A DNA stretch of 63,973 bases, counting the filler, from Mitosporidium daphniae (taxonomy: Eukaryota), in assembly GCF_000760515.2 (NCBI RefSeq). It is 11 parts of 11 records of this genome, joined end to end, with 100 filler letters (N's around TTAATTAATTAA, not from the genome) between each part and the next. Parts side by side here need not be neighbours in the genome. Positions count along the whole stretch, not along the records: positions 1 to 6,582 come from NW_013546635.1; positions 6,683 to 12,972 come from NW_013546632.1; 9 more parts are not named here. One strand, given 5' to 3'. Below are positions 1 through 12,423 of this stretch, in pieces; within the stretch, counting starts at the first letter, position 1; each line of letters begins with the position of its first letter. Below the pieces are notes generated by a model. The model was not told the origin of the DNA and ran no database searches. It saw nothing but the letters and a program-made list of their open reading frames with translations. A program made the translations under genes and the position numbers.

Positions 1-992
1 GAAAAAATTCTAGCCTGGCACTGTAAATTCCAATGTTTTAATTAATGTTATTAAAATTAAGGCTATCCGCTCTTGATGCATGCCAACAGGCTCTAGTGCA
101 GCATGGCTGGCCCTTAACCCGAATTGAATTGAATTGAATTTAAGCCAATCAAATCTCTGGAATTATTTCGAGCGCCTACTTTGGTTGGATAATGAGCCCT
201 GATAAAGCTTTATCCATAATGTTTATCTTTCGAGATATCGACAGATGCCAGCCATCATGTCTTTTAAACGTGAATCACATTCTATTTAACATCAGGAGTT
301 GGCGACGAATGATGTTTTTATTTAACGCTGGATTACTAAAAATCATGTGGTGGCTCAATGTGACACAAACATATTAGCATAGCACGTTCCAAAGCTTGTT
401 ATGAAATTTTATTGTATTCTCATATTTGGTATTAAATCTACAAAGTCAAGTAATCAATGAAATTTTTATTGACAAAAATTAAATTATTTGTAACTTGATG
501 CTTGAAAATTGATGTGGACAAATTTAATTGACGATCGCCAATCAATCCTCCATTTTTATGCGCGAATAAAATTGGGTTTGGATTGAATATCCAGGCAACT
601 TGGCCTGTCTGACCTAAACTTTTAATTTATGTGCGTGCCAATTATTTGTTGGCCCTAATCTAGAAAAAACGGCACCTGCCTAATTATCCTCTCAATGCTG
701 AATCCTAGTGCATATGTATTATCTATTCAACGGAACGACATGGAGCGTGCAATTAAAATTACATAGCGTCAGTATCTTCATTTGAAACGCAATTACTCTC
801 AGATTATCTAGATCCACGAATGGTCCATTTTTAACAAGGTAGGCAATTTGATATGGTAGTCAAGAGCACTGAAATGTCAATTATTGCAATACGCGTGTCG
901 ATTTCTTTGGAGCCGCAATTGGTGTGTTTAAGTTTTACTGTCCACTCCTTGAGCATTACACGGTTAACTGATTGTCGATGCGACAATCGGGT

Positions 993-1247
993 TTACTCCT
1001 GATTGATGTCTTTTTTATCGCTGGCCAATGTTTTCTTTAAGTCCAGCATTTCCATTCGAACTCTGTACAATAGGCCTTCATCCGCTCTAAAGGTCAACAA
1101 TACGTGGTACTCTTTGGCAAAGCACGAACGAACAAAGCCAAATGACTGCTTACACGGAAATGGATTTGGAAAAGACTTTGAAATGCAGCTCATAAAGCCT
1201 TAGTAAGTCAGATAATTTAGGTGTTACTTTGGATTTGTGCTTTGCAT
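993..1247 (-). CDS. possible small multi-exon hypothetical gene, 3' end unresolved
   Basis: ATG at 1247 followed by three short GT..AG segments (about 29, 31, 24 nt) whose removal gives MQSTNPKLYELHFKSFGFVRSCFAKEADEGLLYRVRMEMLDLKK; no family recognised. Confidence 0.3.
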
Positions 1248-1379
1248 GTTGCGGTTGCTCTTTTGCGGGCAATCTTTTTGGACTCCTTTAGCTCAAACTG
1301 GTTAAGTTCAATAAACATCGCCAAAAATTAAATACTTTGTAAATTTGCAATTGGAACGAAATTTATATTTCTTTGGACT

Positions 1380-2133
1380 ATGGAAGATTCATCTTCATCA
1401 CCGCCGTACGACCTGTTATTTAAAAGTACATCTTTGCTTGCTAACAAGTTAGTTATTCTTATTGGAGATTCGGGCGTTGGAAAGTCAAACATTCTTTCCC
1501 GATTTACGAAGGACAAATTTATGCTTGAAGCCAAGTCTACAATTGGTGTTGAATTTGATTCTCGTTGCCTCCAAATTGACGACAAGACCGTGAAGGCTCA
1601 AATATGGGATACTGCTGGCCAAGAAAGATACCGCGCAATAACCTCTGCATACTATAGAGGGGCCTCTGGAGCCCTTCTTGTATATGATATCACAAAACAG
1701 TCGTCATTTGATAGCATTCCGCGCTGGCTGGAAGAGCTTAGAGCACATGCTGGAGAAGATGTCACCGTGATGCTTGTCGGAAACAAGTCGGATCTTCGTC
1801 ATGCCAGAGAGGTCCCAATGGAAGTTGCGCGCCAGTTCTCAAGTACGGCCTTGGTTTTTACGTATAGTTGACAACCGCATGTCATTTATTGAGACTTCTG
1901 CTTTGAACTCCACCAATGTCGAGTTTGCTTTTCAGCGTTTATTGACATATATTTTGCAAAACTTGTCTCCAGAGCAATTGGCCTATAACTCTAGATCCAG
2001 TGGTCTTGGTGGAAGGGGCTCCGTTTTTAAGGGAACTCCAGTAAAGTTATCTGTGCACCACGGCTCACATTCTTCCTCGAGCTCGCTGTCAAACCCGTCT
2101 GTAAATCGCAAAAAAAGCTCGAATTGCTGCTAA
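1380..2133 (+). CDS. RAB11: Rab11/Ypt31-family GTPase, introns 1426-1452 (27 nt) and 1843-1867 (25 nt)
   Basis: [45 protein letters not shown] motifs and C-terminal CC prenylation site. Confidence 0.95.
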
Positions 2134-2239
2134 GATTAAAATTTTGTAGATTCCGATTTAGAAATAGCAGCCATGCATGCATGTCGCAGTGTTGTCTCAG
2201 ATTTACTTTTAAAAATGCCAATCAAAGGGCCCTAACCCT

Positions 2240-3616
2240 TTAGTTAGTCTTCAGGGCATCCGGAAAAACTGCATTCATGTAGCCACGCCAATGGCTGGAA
2301 AAGCTCAGTGATCGAGGGTTGACCTGTGGTATGTAGGATGCAGATTTAGAAATAGAGCATATGATGTTGGTAAGAGTATCCTCATTTGAGAAGGCAAGGA
2401 GCTTTGTGTTTGTATGCAATGAAGAGATTCCCTCCTTTAAACACTGGAACTCTAGTGCCGCAATTTGCGGAGTGTTGCATGATACCATGTCAATGATCTT
2501 CATGGGAAAGTCAAGCCCGCTTGATGATACGTGAAAGGAAATTCCCAAATCCGCCGCAGAAAGCAACGAGTAGTAATCGAGCAAGGAAAACCAGCCAAGA
2601 ACGAATGTTGTGTTCTTCCAAGAACTCTTTTTGCTTTCAAGATGGCGGATGAATGCGTTCTTCAAAGGTCCCTTTCCAGTAATTACGACCAGCAAGTGTT
2701 GCGAAAGCAAATTGCTATGCTCAAGACGATCGATGGACTGCAGCAGCGTGTTGAAGTCTTCGTCTGGGGTCCAACTGGTGGCTGAAAGTATGATTTTTGG
2801 ATTTTTTGAAAAGATCTCTCTGATCGGCACCGATGTTGACTTCCAAAAATCGGGTTCAATTGCGGACAACCTGGCTTCCAACTGAGAATAAGAGTACACG
2901 ATCTACCTCGGCGCGGCTCAGGGGGGCTGGTATCGGGGTTCTGGGATAGTCTCTGGCAACAAAGATTGAAGAACTAATGAGTGAATTTTGAATACACACG
3001 TGCATGCCTTGGAAATCCCTGCTGCACCAAATAGTCTTTGAGTCCTTGTGTGACCGTCAAATGGCAATCGGCAAAAATTCCAATTCGCAGCTCAATGTAT
3101 TTGTAAATCGCCCTTAACATTGCATTACGATGCGGCAGAAGCGAATAGCCCAGGTTATGCCAGTCAATTATCCAGCGGAATGGATTCCTGCAAACAAATT
3201 TCGAGAAAAACAGCAAAAGAAACAGGGGCACCCCAGGAGGATTCTAACATTACAAGGTGGCCTAACCTGGCAAACAACGACGTCCCAGGAAATGGGCGAT
3301 TCCCAAAGAAGAAACCAGAGGATGTAAACGGAAAGCAAAACAAATTTGAACGCGGCAAAAATCGGATAAAATACAGAGCCCTTGGCAATGTTAAGCGATT
3401 TGAGGTCGTAGAAGCAAAACTTTTTATCGGTCTGAATAGTGTTGGGGATGCTGCTCTCTAAATGATATGCGACAAGACTGGGGCGACCCTACCTAGCAAT
3501 GCTAGACAGCCAACTTTGTTTGCGCTCTTCAGCTTTAAAGATTCCTCCACATGCAACAGCGTGCGCGGTGAATGTCCAACATCACCGATCACAATGTACA
3601 ATATGTTGGAGGACAT
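2240..3616 (-). CDS. ALG1: chitobiosyldiphosphodolichol beta-mannosyltransferase, multi-exon
   Basis: GDVGHSPR, IIDWHNLGYS, SATSWTPDEDF, ITGKGP, HVSSSGLDFPMKIIDM motifs across ORF fragments. Confidence 0.92.
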
Positions 3617-3784
3617 CGGTGGGGCAGGGTTTAAAAGATGCAAATACCCCGTTTTAATTAACGTGTCTTTATTTGAGGGCTATTTTTTGATTTGTTCCAA
3701 CTCTGACAAAGTTGAAACTTCATCATGTTTTATTGATCAGTCTGAATTTTATTCCTATTGTCATTTTGACAGCATTTTACTTTA

Positions 3785-6582
3785 ATGTCAGCCTCTATTG
3801 AATGGGAAGACGAGAATGCGGGCAACGGCCATGATCCCTGCCCTGCTTTTCCCTTTGTCCCGACAAACGATCCCTCAAGCATTGAGTGGGGTCCATCTAC
3901 CGGCAATTCGCCGCAAGCTGTTCAAGAAGCGTTAAATGCTTCAATTGAATGGGGTTCAAATTCACCTGGACTTCCAAATAGGGAAGCCATGCATGATGAT
4001 GCCACCATTTTTAGCGGTTGGATTAAGACCGTTCCAATTCAGGTATTTTTGTTAGCATTTTTATCGCAGAATCCGAAAATCCTCAAAAACTCTACAGAAC
4101 AAACAAAGCAGGAAGAAACGAAGGGGCAGAGGGGACAAACGGAGCCTTCCGAGATCGAGCCTAGCCTATCTACGACGACGCCAAACATGCCTAGGAAAAA
4201 GCACTCTGTTGTATTCAAATTCGATTCAGAGCTCGAGGACAAGCACTCGGACAAGCACTCGGACAAGCACTCGGACAAACACTCGGACAAGCACTCGGAC
4301 AAGCGCTCGGGAAAGCATTCGGACAGAGAAGTGGATAAGAAACAGCTTGGTAGCAATATTCCTCTATTTGGGGGGCCAGTAAATGCCAAGCAGAAGGATT
4401 TGCCAAAGAAAAAATCAAAGGCCAAACCCCAAAATGAAACTTTGGCCACAAGGCCTCCAATCTCAGCTCCATCGATTTCTTTGAAGGGTAAATCAACATA
4501 CGCGTGCACCTCTAAGGCAAATGAAAACCTATTTATGGAAAAGCTTAACTTGGCAAATGATAAATTGCAAAAATTGAAGTTAGGTAATCTCCCCATCGAT
4601 GAATATGATGTTCCCACACCACCGGCTCCTTCCAGTGCAGCTAAATCTGAAAATCTTTCCACAGCGGTTTCGAACATGGAAGATATAAAATCTTCAAAGA
4701 AAGATGCTAAAGAGGCCGGAAAAGTTGGCAAACCTAAAATTACAATGGCTATTGCTAGTGCGGATGATTCAAGGCCAAATATAGTACCGCCCCTTAAAGA
4801 TGAGAGCGGTCCACTAGCTAAAAATCGGGCTGGAATCCTTTTAAAACCAGAGGAACAGAACCTCAAAACCAAGCCTGAACACTGCCATGAAGTAAGGGCC
4901 TGGACTGACGCTTCTGGGTCTTTTCAAGTGACTGCATCTTTTATCTCATTGACTTCTGTGGAGCCGTTTCTGGTTTATTTACTTCGATCTGATGGCATAA
5001 AGGTTTCTGTTCCCCTTTCCAAGCTTTCAAGAGAAGATGTTGTTTGGATCAGGCAACAAACAGGCGTAAAGCCGCCTGAGGGCCTAAAACCTACACCGGT
5101 CCCTCAAGAAAAACAAAATGTCAAGCATAACCATCGGGACCCACCTCCGCCTCCGCCTAAATTGCCCACAGACATCTCATCCTCTATTGCTAAATTAAAC
5201 CCGTCCCATGGAATGCAGAAATCAGCTTCTCAATCATCTAGTGAGAAGCTTTCCTCTTTCCACGCTTCAAACGACAAAATAGGACACTCTACAAACGAGG
5301 AACCCCAAAAAGTATCAGCTGAGTTAAAAAAATCGCAAAATAATTCTTTTGTCGGCAAATTACAGCGAACATCGCCCCCGACTCCTCCGGCACCACCCCT
5401 TTCTTCAGCTCTTGCTGCACAAAAAGCTACCATAGTAGCCCCAAAAGATTTAAATCCTAAACTTAGCAAGAACAAAAGTGATGGGCTTCTTGTGGAGGAC
5501 GCAAATGAAAAGTATTCCATTCTAAACAAGCCGCTGAATAAGAACGAGATTGACTTGAACAACATTAAGGTCGATGCATCTCTTTTGAAAAAAATTGAAA
5601 AAATAGATGACCATCCTCCGTCTTCAAGTGAACAGACAGACTCATCTGCAATGGATGGACCAAAGTCGAAGGAAGCCGCCTCGAAATGCTACGAAAGAGG
5701 TTCTACTTTGCCCCCAGTTGATGGCGAGTCATTAACTATCTCTTCTATTAAAGAAAAAATTGAAGTTGCTCGTAGTAAAGGGAAGGGCGAGGCTTTGTCC
5801 TCAGGCCTTTCTTCGGCTCAGTCCTCGAATCAGTCATCTGCCTCATCCATATCCTCTTCTCGCTCGTCTTCGAGATCCGCCCTTGAGGCTGTTTTTAAAG
5901 ATCTAAACCAAAAAACAAACAGCGCAAGCTCCTCTTCCATAGCTCGAGCTAAAGACCCCCCTATCTCCAACCCTAAAGCTACCGCGCCGGGAAGTCACCC
6001 CGGTCCGCAAGAGAATGAAGGGTTTCGCTCACACGAAAGTCACAAGAAAAATGTTGCAAATCCCAGTGAAGCAAGTTGCCCATATTCTGTTCTGCAGCCG
6101 GAGCAAAGACACTCACAGCAACCTCGCTGGAATGAAGCACACGCCATGCGATACAGCCAGCCCAATATGAATGCTGTCGATTATAGATCGTTAATGCCTG
6201 TTTCTAAGGCTCCCCCCCACTATCATCAGCCATTCAGGCCAATGCCAAATAGCCAAGCTCCTCACTATGAAATGGGGCCATTTCAGGGGCCGCCCCCTCC
6301 ACAGTTCATTCAAAATATCCAGGATGCTCCGGATAATAGGTTTTCCCACAACATCATCCCCACCTCGGTGGGGCCGAGCCCTGGAATCCCATATGAAACC
6401 TACCCCGCCCAACCAAAGTCATCATACTTTGTTGAGACAATCACATACTCCGGCCCTGGCGGAAGACCCCTAAATGGCTACCAACATGCACACCCTACGC
6501 CCCAGGCTTGTCCCTTTGGCCAGCCTCAACCCAGCTCTCAATATATGATGAGGCCATTGATGAATCCTCAGCCTCAGCCTCA
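3785..6582 (+). CDS. SHD1 (Sla1 homology domain 1) containing Pro/Ser-rich endocytic adaptor-like protein, 3' truncated by gap
   Basis: RAWTDASGSFQVTASF...DGIKVSVPLSKLSREDVVWI matches the SHD1 pattern; poly-Pro tracts; long open frame. Confidence 0.7.
4238..4324 (+). repeat. 12-nt coding tandem repeat GACAAGCACTCG, about 7 copies (DKHS)
   Basis: read directly from sequence. Confidence 0.95.
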
Positions 6583-6682
6583 NNNNNNNNNNNNNNNNNN
6601 NNNNNNNNNNNNNNNNNNNNNNNNNNTTAATTAATTAANNNNNNNNNNNNNNNNNNNNNNNNNNNNNNNNNNNNNNNNNNNN
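6583..6682. other. artificial contig linker N44-TTAATTAATTAA-N44; same at 12973, 19344, 25642, 31856, 38061, 44117, 50153, 56120, 62039
   Basis: ten identical 100-nt linkers with stops in all frames; contigs sorted by decreasing length. Confidence 0.98.
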
Positions 6683-6850
6683 TTGCTGAGACTTAGGCAA
6701 TCCTCATACTTTGCAAAATAGACCGTTTCCCATATCGCATAATCTCCTTTGAGAGTGCTTTAGCCAGCTCACAAAATATCAATTGAGCCTGTCAGCTGAG
6801 TTTCTCCGGAACTGCCAGCCGTGCATGTACATTTGTAAAAGGTGAGTACA

Positions 6851-6923
6851 ATTATGATGACTATTATCACGACGGTCTTAAGAGCAATTCATGGTTCAAC
6901 CGCCTGCTGGCATATTCTGAAAT
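6851..6923 (+). ncRNA. box C/D snoRNA, snR73/U35 (SNORD35)-like, inside a putative intron 6842-6939
   Basis: C box ATGATGA 6854-6860; guide TCACGACGGTCT 6867-6878 is the reverse complement of conserved LSU rRNA AGACCGUCGUGA; D'-like AAGA 6880-6883; D box CTGA 6917-6920; flanked by GTGAGT and TTCTAG. Confidence 0.75.
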
Positions 6924-7076
6924 ACTTGCTTATTTCTAGATGAATGACGCACTGCGTATCATGACTCACGTGTCATATGAGGAGACCGGGTTATATTGAA
7001 TTTGCGGCCCAATAAAATTTACTTTTTGCCTTAATTTTTTACAATTCTTCCATATGGTTTGACACTTACGTTGCTA

Positions 7077-8783
7077 ATGGCCCAGAATGGCGATACGAAC
7101 CAATATGACTATATCGTACTAGGAACGGGATTGGTAGAGTGCATCATAAGCAGCCTTCTTTCCAAGGAGGGCCATCGCATCCTCCATATTGACCGCAACT
7201 CATATTACGGAGGTGCCTGTACATCGCTCTCAATTGGCCAAGTAGCACACTGCGTTATATGCTTTTCTAGATTTATGAAAAATTGTTGAACGCCGAATTG
7301 CCTGCCAAGTACACCGCAAAAGGGGGCGCCCTCCTTGGACCTCCACGCGAGTATTACATCGACACCGTTCCCAAGCTTCTGATGGCAGCAGGCGATTTTG
7401 CACAAATTCTAGCCTTGACGACGGTGACAAAATACCTAGAGTTTCGTCAAATCGATGGCGCCTTTGTGTATCGTGATGGACACATATACAAAGTACCTGC
7501 AACGGAGATGGAAACAGTTCTCTCTCCCCTGTTCGGATTGTTCGAGAAGCGGCGAGCATACAAGTTTTTCGACTTTATACGGAGGAGCTCCTCTGCTGAG
7601 CACGGAGAGGAAGAAAAAAAAAGTATGTTCTCGTAGGCAATTTTCCTATTCTTCAACCTGAGCATGTCATTTTCTGGTTGTTGCCCAATTATTATATGTT
7701 TTCCAGCTATTGACCATTGCATTTACTTTTAGAACTAGCCACTTATTCGATGGCCGCCCTCTATGAAAAATACGGGCTTGCTAGGAGCGCTCAGGACTTT
7801 ATTGGCCACGCTCTAGCATTACAAAGCGATGATTCGTAAGGATGTTCGTTGATGGCATAGATATCTCACACGGGAGGCTCTTCCTACATGCAATGCCATC
7901 GCTCTTTATATGAATTCGGTAACAAGATTTGGGAAATCTCCATTCATTTACCCACTTTTCGGTCTTGGCGACCTTTCCCAGGCATTTGCAAGGTGAGAGG
8001 GTTATTCTCACACGCAGATTGGGCGCAGTTCATGGAGGCACCTACATGCTTAATGTAGGTGACGTTGTGCTGCTTGAACAAGCAAATGAGCACGGTCAGG
8101 TTATTTCCGGGGTGCGGACCGTTCCTGTGGAAGTACATTCTAATGGTGCTGGAAAAGAAGCATCTAACAGCCATCCAGCAGCAAATTTATCTTCTCCCAT
8201 CGGTACGTTTCAGTGCAGGCGAGGAGTGATCGGAGATCCTTCATATTTTCCTTCATTTGTGGAAACAAAATCAAAAATCATTCGAGCCGTTTGTATCCTA
8301 CCTGGCCCAGTGCCGCACACAGGGGGTATTGACTCGTTACAAATTATCATCCCACAGCGCGAGCTGCTTCGGCTATCAGGTAGGCCATGTCTTTGGGTTA
8401 TCGCTAGATATGTATATAACGGTGCTTTCACATGCACATGGTGTGGCTCCGTCTCCTTTTTTCCTTGCCTATATTAGCACGTTGCAGGAACAGGAGCACT
8501 TGGACCCTATTGATGAAATCTCATCAGCGCTAGCACTACTTGGTCCAGTTCTGGAATGGTAAGCCTCTACCATTGAGTTGATTGTAGCTTTGTCTTCATC
8601 TCCAATTATTGCGTGCCGGCAAAGAACAGCTCTTGCCCCCAAAATCTTTTCATCTCCCGCTCCTACGACTCATCGAGTCATTTTGAGTCTGTGTGTGCAG
8701 ATGTCAAGGAGTTGTATCATCAGATAACTGGACGTCACATCGAGACAATACTCCAGAAAGACCAGGTCGATGTTAATAAATAA
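7077..8783 (+). CDS. GDI1: Rab GDP-dissociation inhibitor, many introns
   Basis: YDYIVLGTGLVECIIS, HIDRNSYYGG, PKLLMAAG, YKVPATEME, DFIGHALAL, GGTYMLN, IGDPSYF, QIIIPQ. Confidence 0.93.
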
Positions 8784-8905
8784 TCCAGCAACCTTAGCTT
8801 GTGTAGCCCATCCATTATGGGGTATATTTATAGCTTTGCCAGTTATCCCTTTGATTGTGCTGATGCAAATATCTTGGCTAACATTTGCATGCCAACATTT
8901 TATCA

Positions 8906-9950
8906 CTAAGGCGAGGACTTGTGCCAACAAAGTTCCGTGCCAAAAGGCATCATTCGAACGACTTGCAGCTTCCCCAAGACTTCTTTGAAATACATTTTCA
9001 TCAACCCACTATTTATCTTTGTCCAGGAATCCAGGCCTGAGATATTGTACACCATCTGTGAGTGCTGCGCGAAAAACCCCACAGGTTTGACCTAAAGTTG
9101 GCCTGCAAGAAGGGGACTTACTGTGCAAATAAAATTGATAGCGCCAAAGTAGAAATAGTCCTGACTCAACTCCTCTATCATGGCAATGGAGAGGCTATCT
9201 TTCGGAACGGCGGCGCTCGGGGGTATTGAAGATTCTTCAGCCTCATTCATGAGCTGGGCAGAGCCCCAAAGAAATGGAATAAATTGAAAGTCATCGAGTC
9301 CCCACACACCATGTGAGCCTGCGGGTTCCAAGCGAAAACGAAGTTGGATGCAGCGACATATTTCCAGGTACCTGGAAAAAAGAAGCGGAAGCATGTCAAG
9401 CGCTTCTTTGATAGAAGGCTTGTCCATCAGCGACAGTTGATCTCCTGACTTGGTACAGGGGAACAGGATTTGATCCTCAGATGCCGTCTTAGATTGATAC
9501 GCAAAGTTGAGATGTTTCCAAAGAATAGTAAGAAAGCAAATAAACATGAGTTCGTGACCAGTGCCATAATCGATCCTGAGTGGATTTCCAAAGCTTTCAA
9601 GCAGATAGGTCCGCAGTTCAAGATCCGCTATTTTTGGTAGCACATCTGACTCGACCGCTGAAATGAAGCGCCTGAATGCCGCATTTCCATATCTTGTTGC
9701 CAAAGGCGGATCTAGTGCAATTGAATCTGCAAGGCCTTTGATGTCATCCAAAATGGAAAAGTATTGAGAAAGAATGGAGGGCTCCTAAACGAAGAGCGGG
9801 ATATTGACATACTTTGAAAGTTGCAAGGGCACTTAGGGTCTTGCCCGCCAGCTGGGTATTGCAAGATTTTAAGAAATCGGTGATATCGCCATAGGCTGGC
9901 GATGCGTACCAAAGGGCCATGTCAGAAGGCTCTTTGATTTTGCGCTCCAT
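8906..9950 (-). CDS. PP2A phosphatase activator PTPA (Rrd1/Rrd2 family), multi-exon
   Basis: RYGNAAFR, SFGNPLRIDYGTGHELMF, LEPAGSHGVWGLDDFQFIPFLWGSAQL, MKMYFKEVLGK. Confidence 0.93.
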
Positions 9951-10032
9951 CTCAAACGCACGATATTTTGATCCGAATTGCGAAATTTAAGTTTTTCGTC
10001 CGCTAATTATACAGCCGCGCCAAAAGTTCAAA

Positions 10033-11547
10033 ATGCCCAAATTTGCAGAAGCAAGTGCACCAGCCAAAGTGATCCTATTTGGAGAGCACTCTGTGGTTTA
10101 TGGAAAGGTATTGTGGGGGGAGGTTTCACTAACTGCATAGCCTGCGATTGCCACTTCACTTAACTTGCGGACAGTTGTTCGGACAGAGTTGTGTTCCGGA
10201 AAGCAAAGCAACGTCGCTGATGAAGACAAGAAGGGTAACCCATACCGGGAACAGCAGAATACTGGCATTGAACTCGGGGATTTTGACCAAAGGAAAGAAG
10301 TCAAGTCGAATGCTTGTTATGAAGTTGGCACTCATGTAGACAGGGCCAATTTAACCCACGCAGCATCAATTGACGGTTACAAACCGATGCTCGCCTTTGG
10401 CATCGGAACGGTTCCAAACCAGGTGGATGCATCGGCAATTGCCCATATCTGTGTGAAAGATTTGAAATCACTGCATAACGAGTTGAAAATTTTTTGCACT
10501 GAGAGGAATTCATCGCTGACAGATTACCGTCTTTGGAAGCAGGAATCTATTTCGCTCGTAAACATTCTGCTTTCGTCGTTAAAACCGGTGTCCTTTGTAA
10601 AAAAAGGCAATTTGTTTCCTAACGGAGGCATAATGTCTATTTTATTCTTTTCTGCCGTTTTTCTCTGTCCTTTTGTGGAAGAAGATGGTGCTGTTCTTTT
10701 TCATACCTTTACGCAAATTCCGGTAGGGGCTGGCCTTGGATCATCCGCCTCATTTGGGGCTGCTTTGGTGGCATCTGTTTTCTCCCTAATATCTTGTGAT
10801 GGGGACATTTTCACCTGGTCCAATATTTCTGAGACCATAATTCATGGCACATCTTCCGGGTTGGATCCGTTAATCTGCACGCTTGGAGGATCAATCCGCT
10901 TTTCCAGAAAGCCCAATGAAAATTTATTTTTCGCCATGGATAGTCACCATTTGGAACAATCCATCTCGGTGCGCCAATTTTCGCTGCAGTCTTCATCGTT
11001 GAAATTTTCGATGGCAATTTTATATTCTGGAATTTCGCGGAATACTCGCGATATGGTTGCAAGGGTCAAGCAGTTTAAAGACTCCGATGCTGCATCATTT
11101 GACGCAGTCATTGATTCGATTGGTAGCGTTGTTGAGAGGGCGCTAGATTTATTTTTAACCGAAAACGGGATCCTGGACTTTGCTTGTCTGGCCAAGCTTA
11201 TTTCAAAAAATCAAGAGCTTTTATCGTGTTCAAATCCATATGGACTGGATGTTGATTCTGAAGAATTCATCAAATTACGAGGTCAAATTGAAAAGCTTGG
11301 AAATGAAAGTGGTTCATTCACATTTGCTTCTAAAATAACTGGGGCTGGAGGCGGTGGCTGTGCTCTGTACGTCTTTCCAAATCAAAGTGAGCGAGACTCC
11401 TTTATAAAAATTATTTCCGGCTCTAGTTCGTTTTCTAGCCCTCCTTGTCCGCTGCTTTTCCCTGTTGAGGTTGACTCTTATGGGGTGCGCGCCGAGTTTC
11501 GAATGATAAGTAAAGACGAATCTGAAATAAGAGGCAAAGTTGAGTAA
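10033..11547 (+). CDS. ERG12: mevalonate kinase (GHMP), intron 10108-10140
   Basis: SAPAKVILFGEHSVVYGK, PVGAGLGSSAS, IHGTSSGLD, KITGAGGGGC. Confidence 0.9.
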
Positions 11548-11755
11548 CCGTCTGTCCTAGGTTATCGCAATACTTTGTAAATAGAGCGGCTTCTTTTTTT
11601 GGTAAACGTTAGCAAATAAAACACAAATTAAAGTTGCATCGGGGACGCCAAGTAGCCGTTACAAAATAAAAACGAGGAGCCAGAAACTACATCCCAATTT
11701 AATTGGTCATTTTCCATTGTGTTTCCGGCATCCGCAAACAGTACAAACATACGAA

Positions 11756-11870
11756 GCCAGCAAGCCCAGTTTACAAGGCCAGCAAGCCCGGTTTAAAAGG
11801 CCAGCAAGCCCGGTTTAAAAGGCCAGCAAGCCCAGTTTAAAAGGCCAGCAAGCCCGGTTTAAAAGGCCAG
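11756..11870 (+). repeat. 22-nt minisatellite GCCAGCAAGCCCRGTTTAMAAG x5.2, intergenic
   Basis: read directly; head-to-tail copies, no spacers. Confidence 0.95.
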
Positions 11871-12423
11871 TTTGATGGGCATTTAAAGGTTCTCATTTGT
11901 TAGAATGCTAACTGGCTTTTTTCGTCAGCTTTAGTTGTTGATTCGCCTGCGACTCCGATTCCGGGAGGAAAGCCAATATCGCTCTGGGATGTAATTTTCA
12001 GCTATTCATGCTTCTGTGGTAAACTTTCAAATAGGCGATGTGAAAACTCTGCTTATACCCCTTCCTCTCTCACATTATCATGGCTAGCGCCGCAATAAAA
12101 AGTCGATTGACCTCAAGATTCTGGTGCAAAATCCCACTCAAGCCACCGTGTGATAACACAGGCATAGATACTCCGGGTAAGTCGATTGGAGGAGGAAAAC
12201 TTGGGCCTTACATCCTAATCAAACCAAAAAGGCAAAGGTTGCAGGGCCGAACATCAAGATTGCCAAAAATAAGATTTTTGGCTCGCCATGCAAGTCTTGA
12301 ATGCTAACTTTGCAACGAAATGTTGATGCCTCATGCCTACTATTACTGCAAGTTGCATATATCCTAAGCCTGATTATCAATGCGCTTTATATATACACTA
12401 CAATTCCGGCTGTGATAAATATG

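Noticed and set aside
4039..4872. 277-aa minus-strand ORF and similar antisense ORFs (16603-17148, 23367-23864, 39736-40296)
   Set aside because: They overlap better-supported genes on the other strand and show no motifs
11756..11870. CRISPR interpretation of the 22-nt repeat (also the 21-nt repeat at 18614)
   Set aside because: Head-to-tail copies with no unique spacers, no cas genes, eukaryotic context
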